A stretch of DNA of 64,000 nt from Pirellulales bacterium. GTDB taxonomy: Bacteria; Planctomycetota; Planctomycetia; Pirellulales; UBA1268. A program made the position numbers and the translations under genes. The DNA lies in assembly GCA_044376405.1 (NCBI GenBank), contig JBILKZ010000004.1, positions 1,953-65,952 of the forward strand. The letters are read 5' to 3'. The notes beneath the pieces are model-generated. The model was given only the letters and a program-made list of their open reading frames with translations. It did not search any database and was not told the origin of the DNA. The stretch's first letter is position 1; each line of letters begins with the position of its first letter. Below are positions 47,297-56,615 of this stretch, one piece after another.

Positions 47297-50046
47297 GGCT
47301 CATCTCCGTCACGGTCAACAACTACCGGATCCACAAGGAGCAGACGGTCGTCTTCCATACGGCCCGCACCGTGATCGGCGGCCCGAATGAATCAGGCAAG
47401 AGCACGATCATCGAGGCGGTCCACCGCGCGCTGTTCCTGCGCAGCCGCACGACCGGATCGGTTCTCGAATCGATGCAGTCGGAGTTTCATCCCGGCCACC
47501 CTGCGGTGACGCTCGTGTTTGAGAGTGGTGGGGAAACCTACACGATCACGAAGCAGTTCACCGGGACGGCCAATGCACCGACCACGCTCGCTCGTTCCGG
47601 GCAGGAACCGCTCCGGGGCGACGCCGCCGAGGCCGAGATCCACCGGCTGCTGAATGCTGAGACCGTCGGCGGCGGCCGGGGTCTCGAGGACCGGCTTTCA
47701 CTGCAATGGGCGCACCTCTGGGTCTGGCAGGGCGCCGCCGGCAGCAATCCGTTTGAAAACGCCACTGGGCGACCACTCGACAAGCTCCGGGAGCGGCTCG
47801 GAACGCTCGATGGCGGCGGCGTTCTGGAATCGCCACAGGATGCGGCCGTATCGAAAACGATTCTCGATACGCATGCTGACCGAACGAAGGATGATGGCGC
47901 GCCCCGAAAAGATTCACCCCTCTTCGCCGCCTCGGCCGAGCTAACCGCCGCCGTCGCGGCGGAGGAGGTTGCCAACTCCGCAATGGCAGCGCTCCATGCC
48001 GCGGCTGCGCAGGTCGAGGCCGCCGATGGCACCATCGCGGAATGTGAGTCAAGTCTCGCCGCGACACGACAGGACCAGAACTCGCTTCGTGATCGGATCG
48101 ACGAGGCCTCACGCCTCACGCTCGCGATCGGTCCGCATCAGGTTCGCGCCAACGACGCCACCAGGGATCTGCAGGCCCTCGAGGATGCCGACTGCGAGAT
48201 CACCGAGTGTGAGCGGGTCATCCGTGAGGCCGAGGAACGCCTCAGGCCGGCCACAGAGCGGCTCTCCATGGCCAAGGAGAGCGAGCAGTCTTCGGTGGCA
48301 CGATTCGAGCTGGCCTTAAGGCGGGTGAATGAGTCGCAGGTGCATCAGGCAGGCTTGGCGGATCAGGCCATGCTCGACTCGCTTTGCGAGCAGTTCGAGC
48401 GGCTGCGGGCAGACCGCATGGGCCTCGCCGGGCGATGCGACAACATCGCCGCCCTCCGTGTCGAACTGGCGGATCTCCGCAGCCAGCTAGCCGACCTGGC
48501 CACCATCACGGCCGAAGATCTCGCCTCGCTCGCAGGCCTGGAGCGGAAGCATGACGGCGCCCAGGCAACGCTCGATGCGATCGCAACGAGGGTCGAGCTG
48601 TTGGAATCCGACCGACCCGTCATGCTCGCCGGCCAGGAGCTTGCGTCCGGAACGGGTGAAACCATCACGTCGGAAGCGGATCTCCTCATCGGCAAGAGCG
48701 TGCGGATCCGGGTCGCGCCCGGCGGCGGCACCACGCTGGTCGAGGCGACCCGCCGTCGTGACGATGCTCGCTTGGCACTTGAACGGCGGCTCTCCGAACT
48801 CGGCATCGAGAGTGTGGATGTCGCCCGGCGCGTGCAGCCACAGCGGCAGTCGTTGGAGGCCGGCATCAAGGGCAAGGAGACCGCGATTCGCGACCTCGGC
48901 GGCGACAAGGCCGCCGAAGACCTGCAGCAACGAGACAAGGAAATCGACCGCTTCGACCAGCGGATTGCCGGAATGGCACCGCCCAGTTTTCTGAGGCCGG
49001 CGGGGCTTGAGGCCGCCTTGGCGGCCAAGGCGGCTAGCGACGATGCCTACCACACCTTCGCGACCGACGCCACCAAGGTCAACGCAGAGTTGGAGGCGGC
49101 GGACAGGCTTCGCGCGGCGGCGGTCAACGAACGCCGAATGGCAGAGGAATCGCTTCGCTCTCACGACGAAGCGTTGCGGACCTCCGCTGGTCGGGTGCAG
49201 GTCCTCGTCGAGAAGCACGGCGGCGATCGGTCCGGCAGGCTCGAGGCACTAAGGACCGCCCAACGTGCCGCCGTGGACGCCGTCGGCGCTACGCAGAGGC
49301 GGCTTGACGAACTCCAGCACGACACGCTCGAGCGTTCGAGGCAGCGGCTCGAGCGAGCGATCGAGACGATCCTCGAGCGACAGCGTACGGCCCAGACCAC
49401 GCGGACCCTGGCCCTCGATCGCCTCCGGCAGGAAGGCACGACCAACCCGAGCGAGGATCTGGCCCGTGCGAAGGTCCGCCGCCAGCTTGCCGAGTCGCGG
49501 CAGGAGCAGGCGGCCCTGGAGGCCCGGGCGATCGCGTTGTTGGCGTCGCTCTTCGCTGAGAAAAAGCGGGAGGTGGAATCACAGTTCGTCGGGCCGCTCA
49601 CACACCGGGCCGCAGAGTATCTCAGGTGCGTCTATGGGCCCGAGACTCACGTCGCGGTCGAGTATCACGACGGCGCGTTCGAGAATCTCACCGTGGCCCG
49701 TCCGTCATTCAGGGGCGCCAAGCTTGGCTTCGAGAACCTCAGCGGCGGCGGGCGGGAGCAGGTCGCGGCCGCGTTGCGGCTTGCGATGGCGGAGATCCTG
49801 GCCGCCGACCACGATGGCTGCCTGCCGATCGTGTTCGACGACGCTTTCGTGAATTCCGATCCCGTCCGCACCCGCGCGATCCAGGAGATGCTTGACCTCG
49901 CTGCGGCGCGGGGTCTCCAGGTGATCGTGCTGACCTGCAATCACCGTGACTATGAGACACTCGGAGCCCATCTGGTTGAACTCACCCGCGGCGATCTCGT
50001 CGAAGGTCCTCCTGTTCGAACCAGCACCGCGGCGGAACAAGGCTGA
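47293..50046 (+). CDS. SbcC/Rad50-like SMC-type AAA ATPase (YhaN-like), 917 aa
   Basis: ATG at 47293 (ATGA overlap with the previous stop). N-terminal Walker A GGPNESGKST, about 600 aa of heptad-like Ala/Glu/Arg/Leu-rich sequence, then C-terminal LSGGGREQ (signature) and LPIVFDDAF (Walker B). Confidence 0.85.
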   Translation: MRLISVTVNNYRIHKEQTVVFHTARTVIGGPNESGKSTIIEAVHRALFLRSRTTGSVLESMQSEFHPGHPAVTLVFESGGETYTITKQFTGTANAPTTLARSGQEPLRGDAAEAEIHRLLNAETVGGGRGLEDRLSLQWAHLWVWQGAAGSNPFENATGRPLDKLRERLGTLDGGGVLESPQDAAVSKTILDTHADRTKDDGAPRKDSPLFAASAELTAAVAAEEVANSAMAALHAAAAQVEAADGTIAECESSLAATRQDQNSLRDRIDEASRLTLAIGPHQVRANDATRDLQALEDADCEITECERVIREAEERLRPATERLSMAKESEQSSVARFELALRRVNESQVHQAGLADQAMLDSLCEQFERLRADRMGLAGRCDNIAALRVELADLRSQLADLATITAEDLASLAGLERKHDGAQATLDAIATRVELLESDRPVMLAGQELASGTGETITSEADLLIGKSVRIRVAPGGGTTLVEATRRRDDARLALERRLSELGIESVDVARRVQPQRQSLEAGIKGKETAIRDLGGDKAAEDLQQRDKEIDRFDQRIAGMAPPSFLRPAGLEAALAAKAASDDAYHTFATDATKVNAELEAADRLRAAAVNERRMAEESLRSHDEALRTSAGRVQVLVEKHGGDRSGRLEALRTAQRAAVDAVGATQRRLDELQHDTLERSRQRLERAIETILERQRTAQTTRTLALDRLRQEGTTNPSEDLARAKVRRQLAESRQEQAALEARAIALLASLFAEKKREVESQFVGPLTHRAAEYLRCVYGPETHVAVEYHDGAFENLTVARPSFRGAKLGFENLSGGGREQVAAALRLAMAEILAADHDGCLPIVFDDAFVNSDPVRTRAIQEMLDLAAARGLQVIVLTCNHRDYETLGAHLVELTRGDLVEGPPVRTSTAAEQG

Positions 50047-50077
50047 CTTACGCAAGGATGACTTATTCAAGGGCGAC

Positions 50078-50173
50078 TCACTCATCGTAGGGGACGTCGT
50101 GGTCCCCGGATGGCAGTTCGTCGTAGTCGTCTGACACGTTGTCGAGCCACGGCGCGAGATCTGGGAAAGTCAT
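50078..50173 (-). CDS. possible acidic micropeptide (31 aa)
   Basis: The ATG at 50173 lies 14 nt downstream of the stop of the membrane-protein gene on the same strand: MTFPDLAPWLDNVSDDYDELPSGDHDVPYDE. No RBS. Speculative. Confidence 0.25.
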   Translation of the reverse strand: MTFPDLAPWLDNVSDDYDELPSGDHDVPYDE

Positions 50174-50187
50174 AGTACACGCCCGTT

Positions 50188-50454
50188 TCAGCCCCATCGC
50201 CAGCGCGGAGGCTCGCCTTTCCACCAGCAGATCGCGATCATCACCGCGGTGAGCCCGCACACGCTCACCAGAAAGCCAGTCATGTTCCGGACGGGCGGAA
50301 AGAGCAATGGGGCGAGTGCTAAAAGAGCCACGTACACCAGTGTCACCAGCGTGCCTTCCCAGGTGCATGGCGGACCCCAACCCCAGCCGTAGGTCTTCAT
50401 GGGAAACCAGTAGCGGGGTGGCTGGCTCTGGGCCGGCGTATGCGGTTCATCCAT
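50188..50454 (-). CDS. small membrane protein with YGWGW motif (88 aa)
   Basis: RYWFPMKTYGWGWGPPCTWEG followed by two TM helices. I recall this motif pattern in a widespread small-membrane-protein family (name not recalled). Confidence 0.65.
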   Translation of the reverse strand: MDEPHTPAQSQPPRYWFPMKTYGWGWGPPCTWEGTLVTLVYVALLALAPLLFPPVRNMTGFLVSVCGLTAVMIAICWWKGEPPRWRWG

Positions 50455-50593
50455 GACTGCAGAGTCTACCCTTCACGCGATCTCCACGTCTGCGTTCCAT
50501 GCAGAAGATCGGATAACCCTCTTTCCCGCCCGGCCACCGCGGGCCTATCCTGCTGGCATTCCGACGTCCCCAGACCTCCGAGGAGCCGGCCCC

Positions 50594-51589
50594 ATGCGTG
50601 CCATCCTTTTTGCCCTGCTCTGCCTGTCTCTATCGCTCCACGCTGCCCAGCTGCCCGCCGGGGAGCCGCCTGCCAAAAAAGTGCCCGTCGTGTTCGCGGC
50701 GTATGCCACGCCGCTCGAGGAGCCATGGAACATGGTGATCCACGATGCGCTTCAGGCGGCCCAACGTGGCGGCCGGATCCGCTATGCGTGGCAGGAAAAC
50801 CTCGCCGACTCGCCGCGAATGGCCGCGGCCCTCGCGGCGGAGGTGGCGAAGCGGCCCGATATCGTCTTTGCGGACGGCACGCTTGCCGATGCGGAGATCC
50901 GGCAGATCGCGGCGGCCAATCCTCAGACCGCCTTCGTCGTGGGCACATCGAACCCGCCGGCGGCCCCGAATCTCTCCGTGTTTGACACCGACCTGTGCGA
51001 GCCGGCGTATCTCTGTGGCGTGCTGGCCGGCAGACTCACGAAGTCGAACGTCGTCGGCGTGGTGTGCGGCAAACCGGAACCCCACGTTCACCGCACCGTG
51101 AACGCCTACATCCAAGGCGCCCGCGACGCCAATCCCGCCGCCAAGGTGAAGGTGACGTTCATCGACACCTGGTTCGATCCGCCAAAGGCCCGCCAAGCCG
51201 CGCTCGACCAGATCGCGGCCGGGGCTGACCTCATCTATGCCGAGCGCGAAGGGGCTATCGCCGCCGCCCGCGAGAAGGGCGTGCTCGCGTTCGGCAACCT
51301 GCTCGATCAGCACGGCGAGTCGCCAGCCACGGTGATCACTGGGCCGGTCTGGAGCATGACGCCGGTGGTGGATTACCTGATCTCGCTGTCGTCGGCGGGC
51401 AAGGTCCACGCGGAGAACCTTCTCGATTTTTCGACGCTCGCTCGCGGAGGCGCGGCGCTCGCTCCCTGGCACGGCTGGGATGGCAGGCTGCCGGCCGATG
51501 TGATGCAGCTGGTGCGGGAGAAGGAGAGATCGCTCAAGGCGGGCACGCTCGTGTTGAAACCGAGTACGGAGCGGCCGACGGGCGACTGA
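50594..51589 (+). CDS. BMP-family (PnrA/Med-like) ABC-type substrate-binding protein
   Basis: Trimmed to the ATG at 50594 (GAGGAG RBS). Signal peptide MRAILFALLCLSLSLHA. The body (AFVVGTSNP, YLCGVLAG, VVGVVCG, GADLIYA) resembles the basic membrane lipoprotein family. Confidence 0.8.
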   Translation: MRAILFALLCLSLSLHAAQLPAGEPPAKKVPVVFAAYATPLEEPWNMVIHDALQAAQRGGRIRYAWQENLADSPRMAAALAAEVAKRPDIVFADGTLADAEIRQIAAANPQTAFVVGTSNPPAAPNLSVFDTDLCEPAYLCGVLAGRLTKSNVVGVVCGKPEPHVHRTVNAYIQGARDANPAAKVKVTFIDTWFDPPKARQAALDQIAAGADLIYAEREGAIAAAREKGVLAFGNLLDQHGESPATVITGPVWSMTPVVDYLISLSSAGKVHAENLLDFSTLARGGAALAPWHGWDGRLPADVMQLVREKERSLKAGTLVLKPSTERPTGD

Positions 51590-51660
51590 TATGGCCTCTC
51601 CGCGATCCTCGACGCGGATTGTGCCTGGCAGCGGCGGATGGCCTCTGTGCGGCTGGCAGG

Positions 51661-53973
51661 CTATTTGAACTCGAGTGTGGTCTTCGGGAATAAGGCTTTG
51701 ATTTTCTCCTGGGTCTCCGGGCTGAAGGGTTCCTTGGCTGGAACGAGACGCAGAGACTTGAGGAAGGAGAAGGCCTGCAGCTGTGGCAGACGCTCGTCGG
51801 GTAGATCGAGGATGCCGAAGGAGACTTCTTCGAGCTGTGTCGCGCCGGCGAGCGCGGTGAGATCGGAGTCGATGAGTGAAGTCCCTCCCAACTTGAGGCG
51901 GCGGAGCGTGGGGATGGATCTGGCCGTGGCGATGGCGTCAGACGCTGGCGTGTTGACCCCATATTCGAGCGCCAGATATTCCACCGGTGTTTGGCCCAGG
52001 TGCTTGACCAAGGCAGCCGTGGCCTTCGAACAGCTTATCTCCATGCCTTTCAGATGTTTCAGCTTTGTCAGGTGTTCGGCACTCGCATCGGTGATGAGCT
52101 TGGAGTGCCATAGCTTGATGAACTCGAGGTTGGGGAAGTTCTCACAGACATAACCCAGCCCTTCGTCATCGAGGCCGTTGCTGTGGAAGTTGATGGTTTT
52201 GAGTTTGGCCCAACCCTTGAACTTCGCGAAGCAATGGCCTGGAAAACCAGCTCCCCGCGGAGAGAACACTTCGAGGTTTTTCAGGCCGGCAAGCTGCTCC
52301 CAGCCCGCATCGGTGGCTGCCCCAAAATAAGCCAGCTCGAGATGCGTGAGATTGGGACAGTCAGTGAGCCGCTGGAACTGAGACAGGCTGGCATCGCCGA
52401 GTCTGCCGAAGCCGCTCAAGCCCAGGCTTTTCAAATTCCTGAGCTGAAGAAGCGGCGCAACCCAGGAATCCTGGATTCCCGATGCCTCCAGCTTGACCGT
52501 CTCCAGTGAGAGAATGTGCCCGAGGTGCTCGATAAAGGCGGCGTCGTAGGGGTCTTCTTTTTCCTTGCGACGGTCGTGGGCTTTCCCGCCTGCAATCCGG
52601 GTATCAATCTGTGTCAGCGTGTCAAAGAGCCGGATGTCACCCCCCACTGCTTTTTTCAAGGCCTCGGGCGTCGTGTTGACCGTAGTGAAGGTGCCCGGCG
52701 CGCTCTCGATCGTGCGGATGACGGCATCGACATGAGGGTGCCGCTCGGCGGCGGCAAGGATGGCGTCGGCGTGGTCGGTGAGTGCTTGCTTCAAAGCCGC
52801 ATCGGCCGTCTCGTTCACAACGGCGTCGAGGTCCGCACGTGAGGTAATTGTGGAAAGATCAGGACCACCGACGTGACGTGTTGCGCGGGTCAGGAGATCC
52901 GAAATCTCTGCGTCCCACGACAGGCTCGCCGCCTTTTCCAAACCGCCCTCGGTCGTGATCCGGAAGGCCGAAAGCGTCGCCCCGGTGGTTGCGGAAACGA
53001 GGAGATACTCACCGTCTGGCGACAGCGTCAGCCCCCAGGGAATCTTGTCCGTCGGTGTCAGCCCGAGCAACTCGGCCTGGCCGTCTTCCCGCACTCGGTA
53101 GCGGGCGATCCGGTCAAAATCCTGGCTGTGCCCCCGCAATCCAGCGAAGATGAATCTGCCGTCCGGCGTGATCACCAGGTCGGAGGCGCTGAGGCCCTCC
53201 TTCGACATGCCTTCCGGCAGAATTGCGATGTCCTGGCGCAGGGCCAGTTGCCCGTCGGAGAGCCGTTCATAGGTGGAAAGGCCGATGCCTTGTTCATTCG
53301 TGAAATAGACCATCGGCAACGTGGGGTGATAGACGAGGTGGCGCGGGCCACTGCCGGGCGGCGGATTCGCATTGAGCGGATCGAGCGGAGAAACCGTCCC
53401 CGAGGACGCATCGAAGCGGTATTGCAGGAGCGCAAGGTTGCCCTTTACATAAGGTATGTAGAGGTACTTGTTGTCGGGCGACACCAGGACGCAGTGCGCC
53501 TCCTTTTTCCCTTCGTCGACGGTCGCCACAGCGTGTCCCGGCACTCCGTCTTCACCAAGGCGATAGACATTGAGCCGCCCGTTCCCGTAACTGACACCGA
53601 AGAGAAAGCCACCACTTCGATCGAGGCTGAGGTAGGCGGCTTCGTCATTCAGGTCAACGCGATGGTGGCTCGCATAGCTGCCGTTTTTCGCCAAAGTCAC
53701 CACCGCCCCCGGCACCCTGCCCCGTTCTCCGCCTCTGCCCGAGACATAGAGCAGCGGCTTCTCTGGATGCGCGGCAATGACCCGGCCGGGAAAGCCCAGG
53801 TCTCGCTTTTCGGCAATCTTCAGTTCCAGCCCACCGTCCTTCTCGGGAACGGCGTCCACAATCCAAAGCGTTTGCGTCGTGCTGGACGCCGCATAGACGC
53901 GAAAGGCTTCGGCGGCGACGCCGGTGGCAGACACGCCAAAGCCAAGCAGGGCGGTGATCAGGGCAAGTTTCAT
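51661..53973 (-). CDS. fusion protein: 7-bladed beta-propeller lactonase domain plus C-terminal leucine-rich repeats
   Basis: Signal peptide MKLALITALLGFGVSATGVAA. The N-terminal ~350 aa carry lactonase-type motifs (GPRHLVYHPTLPMVYFTNE, SPDGEYLLVS). The C-terminal ~300 aa are RNI-like LRRs (LKSLGLSG, NLTHLELAY, LKTINFHSNGL, LEFIKLWHSKL). Confidence 0.85.
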   Translation of the reverse strand: MKLALITALLGFGVSATGVAAEAFRVYAASSTTQTLWIVDAVPEKDGGLELKIAEKRDLGFPGRVIAAHPEKPLLYVSGRGGERGRVPGAVVTLAKNGSYASHHRVDLNDEAAYLSLDRSGGFLFGVSYGNGRLNVYRLGEDGVPGHAVATVDEGKKEAHCVLVSPDNKYLYIPYVKGNLALLQYRFDASSGTVSPLDPLNANPPPGSGPRHLVYHPTLPMVYFTNEQGIGLSTYERLSDGQLALRQDIAILPEGMSKEGLSASDLVITPDGRFIFAGLRGHSQDFDRIARYRVREDGQAELLGLTPTDKIPWGLTLSPDGEYLLVSATTGATLSAFRITTEGGLEKAASLSWDAEISDLLTRATRHVGGPDLSTITSRADLDAVVNETADAALKQALTDHADAILAAAERHPHVDAVIRTIESAPGTFTTVNTTPEALKKAVGGDIRLFDTLTQIDTRIAGGKAHDRRKEKEDPYDAAFIEHLGHILSLETVKLEASGIQDSWVAPLLQLRNLKSLGLSGFGRLGDASLSQFQRLTDCPNLTHLELAYFGAATDAGWEQLAGLKNLEVFSPRGAGFPGHCFAKFKGWAKLKTINFHSNGLDDEGLGYVCENFPNLEFIKLWHSKLITDASAEHLTKLKHLKGMEISCSKATAALVKHLGQTPVEYLALEYGVNTPASDAIATARSIPTLRRLKLGGTSLIDSDLTALAGATQLEEVSFGILDLPDERLPQLQAFSFLKSLRLVPAKEPFSPETQEKIKALFPKTTLEFK

Positions 53974-54089
53974 GGTGCCTGGAATCTCATTAAAATCTGC
54001 CGGGGACCGTCCTATTCTTGATTCTTCGGACTATCCTAGTTGTCGAGTGCTTCGCGAGAAAATTGTGGGCGACGGGGACTACCATCATA

Positions 54090-56539
54090 ATGACCGCCAT
54101 GAAGCCCACCATCACCCTGATCGCCGCGCTGCTCCTCACTTCCAGCCTTGGCTTGGCCGGTGCCGCATGCGGGGCGGAACGGTTTGAAGCCTTCCTGGAG
54201 AAGCATTGCGTTCGCTGTCATGGCCCTCACAAGGAAGAGGGGGACGTGCGGATCGACCAGCTGTCGAGGGATTTCAAGGCGGGCGTGGACAGCCATCACT
54301 GGGCAGAGGTTCTCGAAAACGTCAACAGCGGCGACATGCCTCCGGAGACAGAGCCCCGGCCAACACAGGCGGAGATCGCGGCGTTCGTCACGAATCTCGA
54401 TTCGCTCGTCAAAGAGGGCCGGTCAGCTCGGATGGCTACGCGGCCAGCGGTGGCGCACTATCGGCTCAGTCGCAAGGAATACCAGAATACGGTCTACGAC
54501 TTGCTCGGAGTGCGGTACGATCCGGCCAAACCGGGTGAGCTAAACGAAGACACGCGCTGGCATGGGTTTGAACGCGTCGGGTCGCAGCTTTCGCTCTCGC
54601 CGTCACATGTCGACCGTTATTACCGCGCGGCGGGGCTCGTCCTCGACCGCGCTTTTCCGTCTTCGTCTGTAGCGGAGGCTCGCAACGTCAGGAAGACGGC
54701 GGCGGAGTTGCGTTACGGCGGCGGGAAGAGCCAGCAAGAAGCGTTGGACCGGTTCGGCATCAAGCGGCCTCTGCGTTACCTTCTTTTTCCCGGTACTGTC
54801 CGCAACGCACTCTCACCCAACTGGTTTGGAAAGTCGGGGCCGGAACACAGCGGGCTCTACAAACTGCGAGTTCAGGCCAGCGGAATCCGCCCGCCCGGCG
54901 GCCAGCCCACCTGAGCATCGGCAAGCGGACCGGTGAGCAGACGGTGGATGGCCTCGTCGAGTTCGACATCACGGCTCCAGAGGACAGTCCCCAGGTGTAT
55001 GAATTCGAGGTGTTTCTCGAGATGCCTGCGAATCTGGACTTCTGTGTGGTGGCCACCGATGTCGTGGACCGAAGATCCGGCGGAGCCCTCCGCGGTGCGC
55101 TCGGCAGCGGTTCGTACATATTCACACACAGCAGCGAGACCTCCCTCCTCAACCCGAACGCCCCACAGATGTTCGACGCCAAAGGGAACGGCCTCTTCTC
55201 CACCGTGCTGCTCGATTGGATCGAATGGGAGGGACCCCTCGTGTCGGAGGCGGAAAAGTCCCGGCGCAGCGATCTTATGCCGCCCGATGATGCGACGCCC
55301 GAAGTGGTCGCGGAGCATCTGCAACGCTTCGCACAGCGAGCCTGGCGGCGGCCGGTGCAGAAGGAAGAACTGGAGGATTACCTGCACGCATACCAATCTG
55401 AACGCGAGGCGGGCGAGAAATCGGCCGACGCGTATCGGGTCGCGATGCAGGGTGTGCTCACGTCCAGGCACTTCATCTACCTCGTCGAGGGCGACACGGT
55501 GGCCCGCGAACGGCTCACCGACACAGAACTGGCCTCGCGGCTCTCGTATTTTCTCTGGAGCTCGATGCCGGACGACGGCCTCTTCACGGCGGCCAAGAGT
55601 GGCGTACTGAACGGCGACGGTCTCCAGACCGAGGTCGATCGGATGCTCGCAGATGGTAAAGCCAGCCGCTTCGTCGACGACTTTGCGCGGCAGTGGCTGC
55701 AACTGCACCGCGTGGGCATGTTTCCGCCAGACAAGAAGCTCTACCCCGGCTACGACGACTGGCTTGAGACGAGCATGCGGTCCGAGGTGATCGAGTATTT
55801 CCGCGAGATCTTCGCGAAGAACCTGCCTATCGATCGCTTCATCGAATCCGACTGGACCATGGCGAATGCCCGGCTCTGCGATTTCTACGGACTGCCGGAG
55901 CCGAAGACGGACGGCTTCCAACGCGTCTCGCTCAAGCCCGAGGATCATCGCGGCGGTCTTCTCACGATGGGCGCGGTTCTCGGACTGACCTCGGATGGCA
56001 CTCGTCACCGCCCGGTGCATCGCGGCGTGTGGCTCAGTGAGGCGATCCTCGGCAAGACGCCGCCGTCACCTCCGGCGAACGTGCCCGCCATCGAACCCAA
56101 CCCGCCGCAGAACCCCAAGGCCACCCTCCGCGAAAAGATCGAGACGCACCGCAACGACGCGAACTGCGCCGCCTGCCATGCGAAGATCGACCCGCTGGGA
56201 CTCGCCTGGGACAACTACGATGCGATCGGCCAGTGGCGTACCCGCGAGAAGGTCCCGGCGGGAGTTGGCGAGGACCCCTTGATCAATCCCGCTGGCTTGA
56301 TGCCCGACGGGCGTGCCTTCAAGGATGCAGCCGAGTTCAAACAGCGATTGCTTGAAGACCGCGACAAGGTCGCCCGGGCTTTTATCGAACAACTCTGCAC
56401 GTACGGCCTCCGCCGCGTGCTTACCGTCGATGATCAGGACGACCTGAAGTTGATTGAAGAAGAAGCGAAGAAGAACGATTACCGAGTCATGGACATCGTG
56501 CGTGCGGTGGCGTTGTCGGACTTGATGAGAAAACGCTAG
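54090..56539 (+). pseudogene. DUF1592/DUF1595/DUF1587/DUF1588/DUF1585-family haem-motif protein, split by a frameshift near 54905-54914
   Basis: Track ORFs 54018-54914 and 54944-56539 together cover one family member. The N-terminal signal plus CVRCH motif is in the first ORF. The sense-making sequence [21 protein letters not shown] continues in the other frame directly across the TGA at 54912-54914. Confidence 0.65.
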
Positions 56540-56615
56540 CGCTCGTTCCTGGTTCTTCGTTCACAAGACGAAAAGGAACCACGAGCCACAAACGACGAAC
56601 AAGGAACCGAGAATT

